Origin: an uncultured Candidatus Rokubacteria bacterium
GTDB taxonomy: Bacteria > Methylomirabilota > Methylomirabilia > Rokubacteriales > CSP1-6
Assembly (NCBI GenBank): GCA_963771355.1
Contig: CAVYTA010000006.1
Location: 1,120,001-1,184,000 of the forward strand
DNA length: 64,000 nucleotides
Direction: 5' to 3'
Both the position numbers and the translations under genes were made by a program. Under the pieces are notes generated by a model. It was not told the DNA's origin. It searched no databases and saw nothing but the letters and a program-made list of their open reading frames with translations. Shown here piece after piece: positions 1 to 9,365 of the stretch; the stretch's first letter is position 1; every line of letters begins with the position of its first letter.

Positions 1-847
1 GGCTGCGGTGACGCACCGGCCGGTACACCTGACCCTCGAGACAGAAGCGGCAGCCACGCCCGCACCCCTTGCCGACCTCGAGCAGCTGCATGTGGCCGTA
101 CTCCGCCTTCGGGCTCTTGACGGTGGAGACGGTTTCCCAGCGGTCCACCTCGCGCAGGCGCCGCTTGGTCACCACGGTGGGCAGGCCGATCTCGAGAGGG
201 GCAACGCCCGAGATGGTCCCGTCCGCGGCGTAGCTGACCTCGTAGGCGGCGGGAACGTAGAGGCCGGCGAGGGAGCGCGCGGCCCCGAGGAAGCGCTCGC
301 GCCCACCCTCGGCCCCGGGCGCGAAGGCGGCGCGGTGGGCGGCGATCAGCTCCCCCACCAGCTCCTCGCCCTCACCCACCGCGATGAGGTCCATGAAGGG
401 CGCCACCGGCTCGGGATTCGAGAAGGCGCACACGCCGCCCATGAGGATCACGGGGTGTCCGGGCCCGCGGTCGACGGCCCGCGGCGGAATGCCCGCCAGC
501 CGCAGCATCCGTACCAGGTTGATGTAGTCACCCTCGTACGTCACCGAGAATCCGATCAGGTCGAAGTCGGCGAGGGGCCGGAGCGACTCCAGCGAGAAGG
601 GCGCGGTCTCCGTACGGAGTTGCTCGTCGAGATCCTCCGGATCCGGAAAGAAGACGCGCTCGCAGACGACGTCGGGAATCGCGTTGAGGTGGCTGTAGAT
701 GGCCTGGAAGCCCAGGTTGGACATGCCCACCGCGTACGTATTGGGGTACACGAGGGCCACCGAGGTCCGGCCTCCCCAATCCTTGCGGATTGCTCCCTCC
801 TCGCCGGCAAGGAGCTGCTGCGCTTTTCGCTTCAAGGTCCAGGACAT
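1..847 (-). CDS. Radical SAM protein (B12-binding/TIGR03960-like N-terminus), runs off window edge
   Basis: Not in ORF track; read by hand from ATG at 847: MSWTLKRKAQ...VALVYPNTYAVGMSNLGFQ...EVGKGCGRGCRFC (CxxxCxxC) near positions 40-66; frame still open at position 1. Confidence 0.85.
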   Translation of the reverse strand, partial: MSWTLKRKAQQLLAGEEGAIRKDWGGRTSVALVYPNTYAVGMSNLGFQAIYSHLNAIPDVVCERVFFPDPEDLDEQLRTETAPFSLESLRPLADFDLIGFSVTYEGDYINLVRMLRLAGIPPRAVDRGPGHPVILMGGVCAFSNPEPVAPFMDLIAVGEGEELVGELIAAHRAAFAPGAEGGRERFLGAARSLAGLYVPAAYEVSYAADGTISGVAPLEIGLPTVVTKRRLREVDRWETVSTVKSPKAEYGHMQLLEVGKGCGRGCRFCLEGQVYRPVRHRS

Positions 848-853
848 GGACTT

Positions 854-862
854 AGAGTATCA
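854..862 (-). promoter_or_regulatory. Putative extended -10 (TGaTACTCT) 6 nt before the radical SAM ATG; leaderless
   Basis: Minus strand TGATACTCT-AAGTCC-ATG, no Shine-Dalgarno. Confidence 0.4.
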
Positions 863-863
863 C

Positions 864-1151
864 CTAGCCCTTCACGACACCGATGGGCCGCAGCCGGGCG
901 ACCTTCTTCGAGATCCCGAAGCCCTCCACCACGCCCACCACGTCTTGCACGTCCTTGTAGGCCTCGGGCATTTCCTCCTCGAGGGCATGCCGACCGGTGG
1001 CGCCGTTGGCCACCTGCTCCAGGGAGGCATCGCGACGGATCTCCGCCATCAGGCGATCGTTGGAGTGGCTGAGACCGGGGACGCGCATGCCGGGGCGTGC
1101 GTCGGACGGGATGCGCCAGAGATACGGGGAGAGACGTTCGAGCGGAAGCAG
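864..1151 (-). pseudogene. rtcB: Internally deleted RNA ligase RtcB: N-terminal part fused in frame to C-terminal part
   Basis: LERLSPYLWRIPSDARPGMRVPG...DASLEQVANGAT (RtcB N-terminus) joins directly to EEMPEAYKDV...VARLRPIGVVKG* (RtcB C-terminus); catalytic core absent; no ATG/GTG before the N-terminal segment. Confidence 0.8.
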
Positions 1152-1196
1152 CTTCGGATCTGACGGAGACTGCGACGGGGTCGGCGGGCGCCCGGC

Positions 1197-1634
1197 TCAG
1201 ACCCCCATGATCTGGATATCGATCGTGCGCGGCCGCGGCCCGTCCAGCTCCGCGAGGAGGATGGACTGGAACCGGCCCAGCGCGAGCTCGCCGCCGGTGA
1301 TCCCCACCGCCACGCTCCGCCCCAGCAGCGCCGCGCGGAGATGCGAGGTGGCGTTGCCCCGCTCGCAGTCGGAGTAGCGGGGATCGTCGTGGCGGTAGCC
1401 CGGGGTCTCGGGTACGAGCCGGTCGACCATCGCCTTGAGGTCCTCGACGAGCGCGCCCTGGAACTCGTTGACGAAGAGCGCGCAGGTGGTGTGCAGCGAG
1501 TTCACGAGCATGATGCCTTCCGTGATGTCGGCACCGAGCATGATGTCGCGGATCTGCTTGGTGATGTCGAGGACCTCGGTCCTCTTGTCACTCAACATCG
1601 TCAACGTCTTCCGCACCATCTTGAGCGTCTGCAC
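1197..1634 (-). CDS. yjbQ: YjbQ/UPF0047 family protein
   Basis: HTTCALFVNE, YRHDD, NATSHLRA, LGRFQSILLAELDGPRPR motifs; GGAGG SD before GTG. Confidence 0.9.
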   Translation of the reverse strand: MQTLKMVRKTLTMLSDKRTEVLDITKQIRDIMLGADITEGIMLVNSLHTTCALFVNEFQGALVEDLKAMVDRLVPETPGYRHDDPRYSDCERGNATSHLRAALLGRSVAVGITGGELALGRFQSILLAELDGPRPRTIDIQIMGV

Positions 1635-1679
1635 CGTCGCCTACCTCCGTGGTCCCGTCATAGGTTTCACCGCGCCCTC

Positions 1680-1769
1680 TGGTGCCGAGGGAGGGAATCG
1701 AACCCCCACGGCCCTGGCTGGGCCCGTGCCTTTTAAGGGCACCGCGTCTCCCAGTTCCGCCACCCCGGC
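1680..1769 (-). tRNA. tRNA-Leu(UAA)
   Basis: GCCGGGG/CCTCGGC acceptor stem, anticodon loop CT-TAA-AA, long variable arm, GGTTCGATTCC T-arm, encoded CCA. Confidence 0.95.
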
Positions 1770-1793
1770 CTGTCCCGCCAACCGCGTCACGAC

Positions 1794-1869
1794 TGGAGGC
1801 GGCGAGCGGATTCGAACCGCTGAATAGAGGTTTTGCAGACCTCCGCCTTAGCCACTTGGCTACGCCGCC
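1794..1869 (-). tRNA. tRNA-Cys(GCA)
   Basis: GGCGGCG acceptor, GAGGT-CTGCAAA-ACCTC anticodon arm, GTTCGAATC T-loop, U73 plus CCA. Confidence 0.95.
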
Positions 1870-1917
1870 CTGCAAACTCAAAGGGACCCTGAATCTCGGT
1901 CCCCCTACACTATCTCA

Positions 1918-1992
1918 TGGAGCGGGAAACGGGATTCGAACCCGCGACCCCAACCTTGGCAAGGTTGTGCTCTACCACTGAGCTATTCCCGC
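1918..1992 (-). tRNA. tRNA-Gly(GCC)
   Basis: GCGGGAATAGCTCAGTGGTAGAGC...CTTGCCAAGG...GGTTCGAATCCCGTTTCCCGCTCCA. Confidence 0.97.
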
Positions 1993-2018
1993 GCTCAGGC
2001 TTCACAAAGACCTTTCGG

Positions 2019-2047
2019 ACTGTAACAAACGCCTTCAATGGTGTCAA
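2019..2047 (-). promoter_or_regulatory. Sigma70 promoter of the tRNA Gly-Cys-Leu cluster
   Basis: TTGACA (2047-2042), 17 bp spacer, TGt-TACAGT (-10 at 2024-2019). Confidence 0.75.
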
Positions 2048-3057
2048 CTTACGGGCGCCCCGGGCACTTCCCCGCGGAGATAGCGCACGGCGTCCTCGGG
2101 GGGGGTCGGGTTGATGAAGAAACCCGTGCCCCACTCGAACCCGGCCACCCGGGTAAGCTTGGGGATGATCTCCAGATGCCAGTGGAAGTGGTCGAGTCCG
2201 GGCGTCCGGAGTGGCGCGGAATGGAGCATGAAGTTATAGGGCGGGTCCCCCAGCACCTTGCCCATGCGCCGCAGGATCTCCCCCAGGAGCCGCGCGAGAG
2301 CCAGGAGATCGGCCGGGTCGGTGTCCTCGAAGCTCGAGCGGTGCATCGAGGGCAGGATCCAGGTTTCGAAGGGAAAGCGCGGGGCGAAGGGGGCCAGGGC
2401 CACGAATCCGTCCGACTCGAGAATGATGCGCCCGTCGCCACGGCGCTCCTGCCGGATGATGTCGCACCAGATGCACCGCTTCTTGATCCGGTAGTGGCGC
2501 TCCGCGCCTTCCAGCTCCTCCTCCACCATGATGGGGACGATGGGGGTGGCGATGAGCTGCGAGTGCGAGTGCTCCAGCGAGGCGCCCGCGGCGTCCCCGT
2601 GGTTCTTGAATACCATGACGTACTGGATGCGCGGGTCCTTCCGGAGGTCCAGGATGCGCTCGCGATAGGCTCCGAGGACGTCGGCCAGACGCTCCGGGGG
2701 GAGCGTGGCGAGGCTCGCCGCGTGATCGGGGGTCTCGATGATGACCTCGTGGGCCCCCACCCCGGTGGTGCGATCGTAGAGCCCCTCTCCGGAGGGCTCG
2801 AGCTCGCCTTCGATACGGAGCGCGGGAAACTTGTTCGGCACCACCCGTAGCGTCCACCCGGGGGTGTTGGGCGCACTGTCAACGGGGCGGACCGCGAAGA
2901 GCTCCGCGGGGGTGCGCGACTCCTCGCCGGCACAGAAGGGGCAAAGGACCTTCGACTTGACCACCGGCGCGGGCACGAAGTCGGAGGGCCGCCGCGCACG
3001 TTCCGTCGAGATGATGACCCAGCGCCCCACCACCGGGTCCTTGCGGAGCTCAGGCAC
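2044..3057 (-). CDS. galT: Galactose-1-phosphate uridylyltransferase (GalT-like)
   Basis: ELRKDPVVGRWVII, CPFC, RVVPNKFPAL, GASLEHSHSQ (HxHxQ), HFHWHLEI. Confidence 0.9.
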   Translation of the reverse strand: MPELRKDPVVGRWVIISTERARRPSDFVPAPVVKSKVLCPFCAGEESRTPAELFAVRPVDSAPNTPGWTLRVVPNKFPALRIEGELEPSGEGLYDRTTGVGAHEVIIETPDHAASLATLPPERLADVLGAYRERILDLRKDPRIQYVMVFKNHGDAAGASLEHSHSQLIATPIVPIMVEEELEGAERHYRIKKRCIWCDIIRQERRGDGRIILESDGFVALAPFAPRFPFETWILPSMHRSSFEDTDPADLLALARLLGEILRRMGKVLGDPPYNFMLHSAPLRTPGLDHFHWHLEIIPKLTRVAGFEWGTGFFINPTPPEDAVRYLRGEVPGAPVS

Positions 3058-4087
3058 GGGACACGTCCACCTCTTCCTCCGGGCGCGGATCCCGCGCGAG
3101 GAGCCCGGCGAGCGCCTCCCCCACCGGCACCCCCTCGAAGAGCACCGCCGCCACCGCGGCGCAGATCGGCATCGGGACCCCGGCCTCCCGGGCGAGGCGC
3201 AGGGCGGCGGTGACGGTGCGCACGCCCTCCGCCACCATGGGCGTGGCCGCCTCGGCCTCCCGCAGGCTGCGCCCCTGCCCCACCGCGAGGCCGAGCGCGC
3301 GGTTCCGGCTCAGCGAGCCGGTGGCGGTGAGGACGAGATCTCCCAGACCGGCCAGGCCGGCGAAGGTCCGGGCGGAGGCACCGAGCGCCACCCCCAGGCG
3401 CGTCATCTCCGCGAGCCCACGCGTCACGAGGGCGGCGCGCGCGTTCTCGCCCAGGGCGAGGCTATCCGACAGGCCGGCCGCGATGGCGATGACGTTCTTG
3501 AGCGCTCCCGCCAGCTCCACGCCGAGGACATCGCCGTTCGTGTAGATGCGCAGCGCGGGGCCGGCCAGCGCGCGCTGGGCCACACGCGCGACCTCGAGCC
3601 TCATGGAGGCCGCCACGAGCGCGGTCGGCCGGCCCAGCGCCACCTCGCGCGCGAACGAGGGCCCCGAGAGCACCGCCACCGGATGACTCGGCGCGAGCTC
3701 GGCGAGGAGCTCCGACATCCGGTAGCCGCGCTCGGGCTCCATCCCCTTGGTGGCCGACACGATGATGGCGTCCGACTCGAGCTGCGGCAGCAGCGGGGTC
3801 AGGGTGGCCCGGGCGTACTGGGACGGCACCGCGAACACCACGATGGGCGAGCTCCGCAGCGCGGTGGCGGCGTCCCCGGTCACGGTCACGCGAGCCGGGA
3901 TCGAGACGCCGGGAAGATAGCGCGGGTTCTCACCGCGCCGGGCGATCTCGCGCGCCAGCTCGGCGTCGCGGGCCCAGAGCCGCGCGGTCGCGCCGCGACG
4001 GCCGAGGTGAACGGCCAGCGCGGTGCCCCAGCTCCCCGCGCCCACGATGGCGACGGGGCCGATCGCCGCCGCGCGGTCGGCTGTCAT
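3050..4087 (-). CDS. gpsA: NAD(P)H-dependent glycerol-3-phosphate dehydrogenase
   Basis: GAGSWGTALA, LSGPSFAREV, GALKNVIAIAAG, GLGDLVLT, SRNR; start taken at ATG 4087. Confidence 0.95.
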   Translation of the reverse strand: MTADRAAAIGPVAIVGAGSWGTALAVHLGRRGATARLWARDAELAREIARRGENPRYLPGVSIPARVTVTGDAATALRSSPIVVFAVPSQYARATLTPLLPQLESDAIIVSATKGMEPERGYRMSELLAELAPSHPVAVLSGPSFAREVALGRPTALVAASMRLEVARVAQRALAGPALRIYTNGDVLGVELAGALKNVIAIAAGLSDSLALGENARAALVTRGLAEMTRLGVALGASARTFAGLAGLGDLVLTATGSLSRNRALGLAVGQGRSLREAEAATPMVAEGVRTVTAALRLAREAGVPMPICAAVAAVLFEGVPVGEALAGLLARDPRPEEEVDVSRA

Positions 4088-4091
4088 CGCC

Positions 4092-4691
4092 TCACGCCAC
4101 CGGAGCGCGCTGGCCGAGCCGCGACTCGGTGCCCGCGCGCAGGCGCTGGATATTGGCGCGGTGCCGGACGATGATGATCGCGGCCACGACGGTGGCGGCC
4201 AGCGCGAGAGGGGCCGGATACGCGACCCAGCCCGCGACCGCGAAGGCACCGCAGGCCGCGATGGACGCGAGCGAGACCAGTCGCGTGACGCCGACCACTG
4301 CCGCCCATACCACCGCCGCCGGCAGCACCGCCCAGGGCGCGGCGGCAAGAAAGGCGCCGAGCGCGGTGGCCATGCCCTTGCCGCCGCGGAAATGGAGGAA
4401 GACCGGCCAGCAATTCCCCGCCACCGCCGCCACCGCGCCGGCGCCGATCCAGGCGGGCGTGCCGCCGAGCGTCCCCGCCACCCACACTGCGGCATAGCCC
4501 TTGATGATGTCGCCCAGGAGCGTCATGGCGCCGGCGGCCGGCCCGAGCGTGCGCAGCACGTTGGTGGCACCGATATTCCCGCTCCCGTGGCGCCGGATGT
4601 CCACCCCGCCCGCCAGGCGGGCCACCAGTACGCCCACGGGAATCGCGCCGATGAGGTAGGCGGCGATCAGCCCGAGGACGCTCAGGGCCAC
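4092..4691 (-). CDS. plsY: Glycerol-3-phosphate acyltransferase PlsY
   Basis: YLIGAIP, GSGNIGATNVLR, FRGGKGMAT, RHRANIQRL motifs; GTG start at 4691. Confidence 0.93.
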   Translation of the reverse strand: MALSVLGLIAAYLIGAIPVGVLVARLAGGVDIRRHGSGNIGATNVLRTLGPAAGAMTLLGDIIKGYAAVWVAGTLGGTPAWIGAGAVAAVAGNCWPVFLHFRGGKGMATALGAFLAAAPWAVLPAAVVWAAVVGVTRLVSLASIAACGAFAVAGWVAYPAPLALAATVVAAIIIVRHRANIQRLRAGTESRLGQRAPVA

Positions 4692-5257
4692 CGCTCGCGG
4701 TCCTTCACCAGGGCCTCCGCCCCGGTACGCAGGAAGAACGAGTAGAAATAGTCGAGCCCGGAGAACACCGTCACCCCCATCGCGATCCAGAGCGCGATGC
4801 CCGAGACCAGGTGGAAGGGTACGAACTCGGCGGGCACCCCCTTCTCCAGGATGAGCAGGGTGAGCGCGACGTACTGCAGCACGGTCTTCCACTTGCCGAG
4901 CCGGGAGGCCGGCACCACCACGCCCATGGACAGCGCCACGCCACGGAGCCCGGTGACGGCGAGCTCGCGGCCGATGATGACCAGCGCCATCCACGCCGGC
5001 ACCATGTCCACCTGGACGAGCGAGACCAGCGCCGCCGCCACCAGGAGCTTGTCCGCCACGGGGTCGAGCAGCGTGCCCAGGCGGGTGACCTGGTTGGTGC
5101 TCCGCGCGATGCGCCCGTCCAGCCAGTCGGTGAGGGAGGCGGCCACAAAGATCACCGCCGCGATGAAGACGTGAACGCGGTCCGAGGAGATGAGGAAGAC
5201 GATGACCAGCGGCACCAGGACGATGCGCACGAGGGTCAGCGCGATGGGGACGTTCAT
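4682..5257 (-). CDS. pgsA: CDP-diacylglycerol--glycerol-3-phosphate 3-phosphatidyltransferase
   Basis: DWLDGRIAR...GTLLDPVADK CDP-alcohol phosphotransferase motif; LGKWKT. Confidence 0.93.
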   Translation of the reverse strand: MNVPIALTLVRIVLVPLVIVFLISSDRVHVFIAAVIFVAASLTDWLDGRIARSTNQVTRLGTLLDPVADKLLVAAALVSLVQVDMVPAWMALVIIGRELAVTGLRGVALSMGVVVPASRLGKWKTVLQYVALTLLILEKGVPAEFVPFHLVSGIALWIAMGVTVFSGLDYFYSFFLRTGAEALVKDRERWP

Positions 5258-6012
5258 CGGCGGCCCTCCGCCTCCGCCGCCATCACCGGCGGGCCGGGCA
5301 CGATGGCGCCGCCCCTGAACACGGGGACCTGGTCCTGGGTGGAAAGGGCGAGACACACCTCGAAGTCGGCAGCGCGCCCGGCCTTGTGCAGGGAGCGCGC
5401 CCAGGCCGCGTCCTCCACCAATCGCGCCAGGCCCCCCGCGTAGGACTCGGCGAGGCGCCGCGCGGCGAGCGCGGCATCGGTGAGCCGGAGATCGCCGGCG
5501 CCCTCCCGCGCGAGGGCCTCCACCACGAAGCCCGCGCACACCGCGTCCTCCAGACAGAAGCCGCCCTTTTCTCCGGAGCAGAGCAGGGTGAGGTCCCGTC
5601 CGGACGCGAGCGCCCAGCGCGCCGCCGCGGCGGCATTGGTGAGCGCGGCCACCGCGGCAACGGCGGCCGCCCCCGCGGTCAGCATGGCGTGGGTCCCGTT
5701 GGTGGTGGTGAGCACGATGGCGCGGCCCGCCACCCGCTCGGGGGTGAACTCACGGGGAGAATTGCCGAGGTCGAAGCCCTCGATGGGATCGCCGCCCCGC
5801 TCTCCCGCCAGGAGGCACTCGCCGGGCGGAAAGCGGCTGGCCGCGCGCCGGGCCGCCGCCTCGTCGGGTACCGGGATCACCGTCCGGCATCCCGCCGCGC
5901 AGGCGGCCACCACGGACGTGGTGGCGCGCAGGACGTCGACGACGAGGGCGGCCCGCCCGTCGAGGGCGGCGCCGGCGAACTCCGCGGGCCCCAGGGCGAC
6001 GTGGACGCGCAT
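5254..6012 (-). CDS. comB: 2-phosphosulfolactate phosphatase (ComB) family
   Basis: VVDVLRATT, GERGG, FDLGNSP, TTTNGT, FCLEDAVCAG. Confidence 0.9.
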   Translation of the reverse strand: MRVHVALGPAEFAGAALDGRAALVVDVLRATTSVVAACAAGCRTVIPVPDEAAARRAASRFPPGECLLAGERGGDPIEGFDLGNSPREFTPERVAGRAIVLTTTNGTHAMLTAGAAAVAAVAALTNAAAAARWALASGRDLTLLCSGEKGGFCLEDAVCAGFVVEALAREGAGDLRLTDAALAARRLAESYAGGLARLVEDAAWARSLHKAGRAADFEVCLALSTQDQVPVFRGGAIVPGPPVMAAEAEGRR

Positions 6013-6027
6013 ACGGCAGCCCCGCCC

Positions 6028-7233
6028 CTAGCGCGCGTCGCGCAGGGCGCGGATCTTGAGGCGGAGCGCGTTGAGATTGATGAAGCCCTCCGCGTCCTTC
6101 TGCCGATAGACGCGGTCGGCCTCGAAGGTCACGTAGTCGGTCCGGTAGAGCGAGCGCGGCGACTTCCGCCCCGCCACCATCACGTTGCCCTTGTAGAGCT
6201 TCAGCCGCACCGTTCCCGTGACATCCTCCTGGATATCGTCCATCAGCCGCTGGAGCGCGGTGCGCTCCGGCGAGAACCAGAAGCCGTAGTAGATCATCTC
6301 CGCGTAACGCGGGACGAGGGAGTCGCGGAGATGCAGTGCCTCGCGGTCCAGGGTGATCGACTCCAGCGCCCGGTGGGCGGCGTGGAGGATAGTGCCCCCG
6401 GGCGTCTCGTACACGCCCCGCGACTTCATCCCCACGTAGCGGTTCTCCACCAGGTCCACCCGGCCGATGCCGTGCTCGCCGCCCAGTCGGTTGACCCGCT
6501 CGAGGAGGGCCACCGGTCCCAGCCCGTCGCCGTCCACCGCTACCGGGTTGCCCCGCTCGAAGTCGATCTCCACGTAGATGGGCACGTCCGGCGCCGCCTC
6601 CGGCGAGTTGCTGAGAAGGAACATCTTGGGCGGCGGCTCCGCCCACGGGTCCTCGAGGATGCCGCCCTCGAAGGAGATGTGGAAGAGGTTGCGGTCGGTG
6701 GAGTACGGGCGCTCGGTGGTCACCGGCACCGGGATGTCGTGGCGCCGGGCGAACTCCATCAGCGCCGTCCGCGAATTGAGGTCCCACTCCCGCCAGGGCG
6801 CGATGACGGTGAGCTCGGGGGCGAGCGCCGCGTAGGTCAGCTCGAAGCGGACCTGGTCATTGCCCTTGCCGGTGGCGCCGTGGCTCACCGCGTCCGCCCC
6901 CGCCGCGCGGGCGACCTCCACCTGGGCCTTGGCGATGAGGGGCCGCGCGATGGACGTGCCCATCAGGTAAATACCTTCGTACACCGCGCTGGCCCGCAGC
7001 ATGGGAAAGATGAAGTCGCGGACGAACTCCTCGCGGAGATCCTTGATGTGCACGGTGGAGGCGCCGGTGCGGAGGGCCTTCTCCCGCACCGGGATGAGCT
7101 CCTCGCCCTGGCCGAGGTCGGCGCAGTACGCCACCACCTCGCACTTGTAGGTCTCGATGAGCCACCGGAGGATCACCGAGGTGTCGAGCCCCCCCGAGTA
7201 GGCGAGCACCACTTTGCGCGCTTTCTTGCTCAC
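6028..7233 (-). CDS. argG: Argininosuccinate synthase
   Basis: [32 protein letters not shown]. Confidence 0.98.
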   Translation of the reverse strand: MSKKARKVVLAYSGGLDTSVILRWLIETYKCEVVAYCADLGQGEELIPVREKALRTGASTVHIKDLREEFVRDFIFPMLRASAVYEGIYLMGTSIARPLIAKAQVEVARAAGADAVSHGATGKGNDQVRFELTYAALAPELTVIAPWREWDLNSRTALMEFARRHDIPVPVTTERPYSTDRNLFHISFEGGILEDPWAEPPPKMFLLSNSPEAAPDVPIYVEIDFERGNPVAVDGDGLGPVALLERVNRLGGEHGIGRVDLVENRYVGMKSRGVYETPGGTILHAAHRALESITLDREALHLRDSLVPRYAEMIYYGFWFSPERTALQRLMDDIQEDVTGTVRLKLYKGNVMVAGRKSPRSLYRTDYVTFEADRVYRQKDAEGFINLNALRLKIRALRDAR

Positions 7234-7245
7234 GGGAGTCGTCTC

Positions 7246-8157
7246 CTAGTCGCCGCCCAGGAGATGGAGGATGACCGCCTTCTGGGCGTGCAGCCGGTTC
7301 TCGGCCTGGTCCAGGATCACGCTCTGGGGCCCATCCAGCACGGTGTCGGTGATCTCCTCGCCCCGGTGCGCGGGCAGGCAGTGCATGACCAGCGCCTTGG
7401 GCGCCGCGAAGCGCAGCAAGGTCTCGTTGACCTGGTACCGCTGGAAGGCTTCGTGCCGCCGCTCCCGCTCGGCCTCCTGCCCCATACTGATCCACACGTC
7501 GGTGTAGACGACGTCCGCGCCCTCGGCCGCCTCCCGCGCGTCCGCGGTCAGCGCCACCTTCCCGCCCGCGCGACGGCACGACTCCACCACCGTCGGGTCC
7601 GGCTCGTAGCCGGGCGGCGTGGCGACGATCATGTCCATCCCCAGCCGGGCGCCCAGGAGGAGCACCGAGTGGCAGACATTGTTGCCGTCGCCGATCCAGG
7701 CGAGCCGGGTCTGGCGGAGGTCGAGACCCCGCTCCCACAGCGTGAAGAGGTCGGCCATGGCCTGGCAGGGATGCTCGCGGTCGGACAGCCCATTGATCAC
7801 CGGAATGGTGGAGAAGCGGGCCAGCCCCTCCACGGTGGCGTGGCTGAACACGCGCGCGGTGACGATGTCCACCCAGCGCGAGAGGTTGCGCGCGATGTCG
7901 GGCACCGACTCCCGCTTGCCGAAGCCGATCTCCTGGGCGGCCAGGTACACCGAGGCCCCGCCCAGCTGCACCATGCCCACCTCGAAGGTGACGCGCGTGC
8001 GCAGGGAAGGCTTCTCGAAGATGAGGGCCATGGTCCGGCCGGTGAGCGGGGTGGCGCGGTCACCCGCCTTGATGCGCGACTTGAGCTCGGCGGTGAGCCG
8101 GAACAGGCGCGTGACCTCGTCGCGCTCGAGGTCCTCCATGGACAGGAAGTGCTTCAT
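7246..8157 (-). CDS. argF: Ornithine carbamoyltransferase
   Basis: MKHFLS start; FEKPSLRTR, HPCQ, YTDVWISMG, HCLPAHRG. Confidence 0.95.
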   Translation of the reverse strand: MKHFLSMEDLERDEVTRLFRLTAELKSRIKAGDRATPLTGRTMALIFEKPSLRTRVTFEVGMVQLGGASVYLAAQEIGFGKRESVPDIARNLSRWVDIVTARVFSHATVEGLARFSTIPVINGLSDREHPCQAMADLFTLWERGLDLRQTRLAWIGDGNNVCHSVLLLGARLGMDMIVATPPGYEPDPTVVESCRRAGGKVALTADAREAAEGADVVYTDVWISMGQEAERERRHEAFQRYQVNETLLRFAAPKALVMHCLPAHRGEEITDTVLDGPQSVILDQAENRLHAQKAVILHLLGGD

Positions 8158-9353
8158 CACTTCGCGGCGGCCACCGCGCCCTCGATCGCCTCCACCGCGC
8201 GGCTCACGTCCCCCTCGCCAAGCACGAGGGCGGGAGCGAGGCGGAGGGTATTGTCGCCGGCGGTGAGCACGAGCAGGCCGCGCTCGCGACAGCCCGTCAC
8301 CACGTCGGCCATCGGCGGCACCAGATCGACGCCCACCAGACAGCCCTTGCCGCGAACCGCCGTGATCTTCCCGGGGTGGCGCCCGCGCACGCCCTCCAGC
8401 CGCTCCACCATGAGCTTGCCCATCTTCGCCGCCCGCTCGGGCAGTCGCTCCTCGAGGAGGGTGGTCAGCACGGTGAGGCCCACCGCAGTGGCGAAGGGGT
8501 TGCCGCCGAAGGTGCTGCCGTGGGTGCCGGGCGAGAACGCGGTGGCGACATCCTCGGTGGCCAGCGCGGCGCCGATGGGAATGCCGTTGGCGAGCGCCTT
8601 GGCCACCGTCATGATGTCGGGGGCCACCCCCGCGTGCTCGTAGGCCCAGAGCCGCCCGGTGCGGCCCATGCCGGTCTGGATCTCGTCCAGGATGAGGAGC
8701 ACACCGGCCTCGTCGCAGAGCTTGCGGAGGCCGGGCAGATAGCCCTCGTCCGGGATGATCACGCCGCCCTCGCCCTGGATGGGCTCCACCATCACCGCCG
8801 CGGTCCGGCTGTCCAGCGCGCGCTCCACTGCGCGGAGGTCGTTGTAGGGCACGTACTTGAAGCCGCCCGGCAGCGGCTCGTAGCCGTGATGGTATTTCTC
8901 CTGGGCGGTGGCGGTCACGGTGGCCAGCGTCCTCCCATGAAAACCACCTCTCATCGTGATGATGTCGCCGCGGTCGCTGGCTCCGTGCTCCTTCGCCCAC
9001 TTGCGCGCGAGCTTGATGGCGGCCTCGTTGGCCTCCGCCCCCGAGTTGCCGAAGAACACCCGATCGGCGAAGGAGTGCTCGCAGAGGAGCTTGGCCAGAT
9101 GCGTCTGCTGGGGGATGTGGAAGAGGTTGGAGACGTGCAGGAGCGTGGTGGCCTGCTCCCGGATGGTCCCTACCACCCGCGCGTGAGAATGCCCCAGCGC
9201 GGTCACGGCGATACCACCGGTGAAGTCGAGGTACTCCTTGCCGTCCGAGTCCCAGACGCGCATCCCCTCCCCGCGCACCAGCGCGATGGGGAATCGCTTG
9301 GTGAAGGCCATCAGGTGCTTGCCGCCCGCGTCGAGGAGCTCTTTCGTGTCCAC
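8157..9353 (-). CDS. argD: Acetylornithine aminotransferase
   Basis: NSGAEANEAAIK, FHGRT, DEIQTGMGRTG, AKALANG, HGSTFGGNP. Confidence 0.93.
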   Translation of the reverse strand: MDTKELLDAGGKHLMAFTKRFPIALVRGEGMRVWDSDGKEYLDFTGGIAVTALGHSHARVVGTIREQATTLLHVSNLFHIPQQTHLAKLLCEHSFADRVFFGNSGAEANEAAIKLARKWAKEHGASDRGDIITMRGGFHGRTLATVTATAQEKYHHGYEPLPGGFKYVPYNDLRAVERALDSRTAAVMVEPIQGEGGVIIPDEGYLPGLRKLCDEAGVLLILDEIQTGMGRTGRLWAYEHAGVAPDIMTVAKALANGIPIGAALATEDVATAFSPGTHGSTFGGNPFATAVGLTVLTTLLEERLPERAAKMGKLMVERLEGVRGRHPGKITAVRGKGCLVGVDLVPPMADVVTGCRERGLLVLTAGDNTLRLAPALVLGEGDVSRAVEAIEGAVAAAK

Positions 9354-9365
9354 CGGACTCTCCCT

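Noticed and set aside
864..1634. yjbQ TGA is in frame with the rtcB remnant: possible Sec readthrough fusion
   Set aside because: YjbQ ends at its normal C-terminus (IQIMGV), the position is not a Cys site, and I see no SECIS-like hairpin at the right spacing.
1680..1992. tRNA cluster as an integration site for an island
   Set aside because: No duplicated tRNA 3' end, integrase or compositional shift seen; Gly-Cys-Leu is a common conserved tRNA operon.
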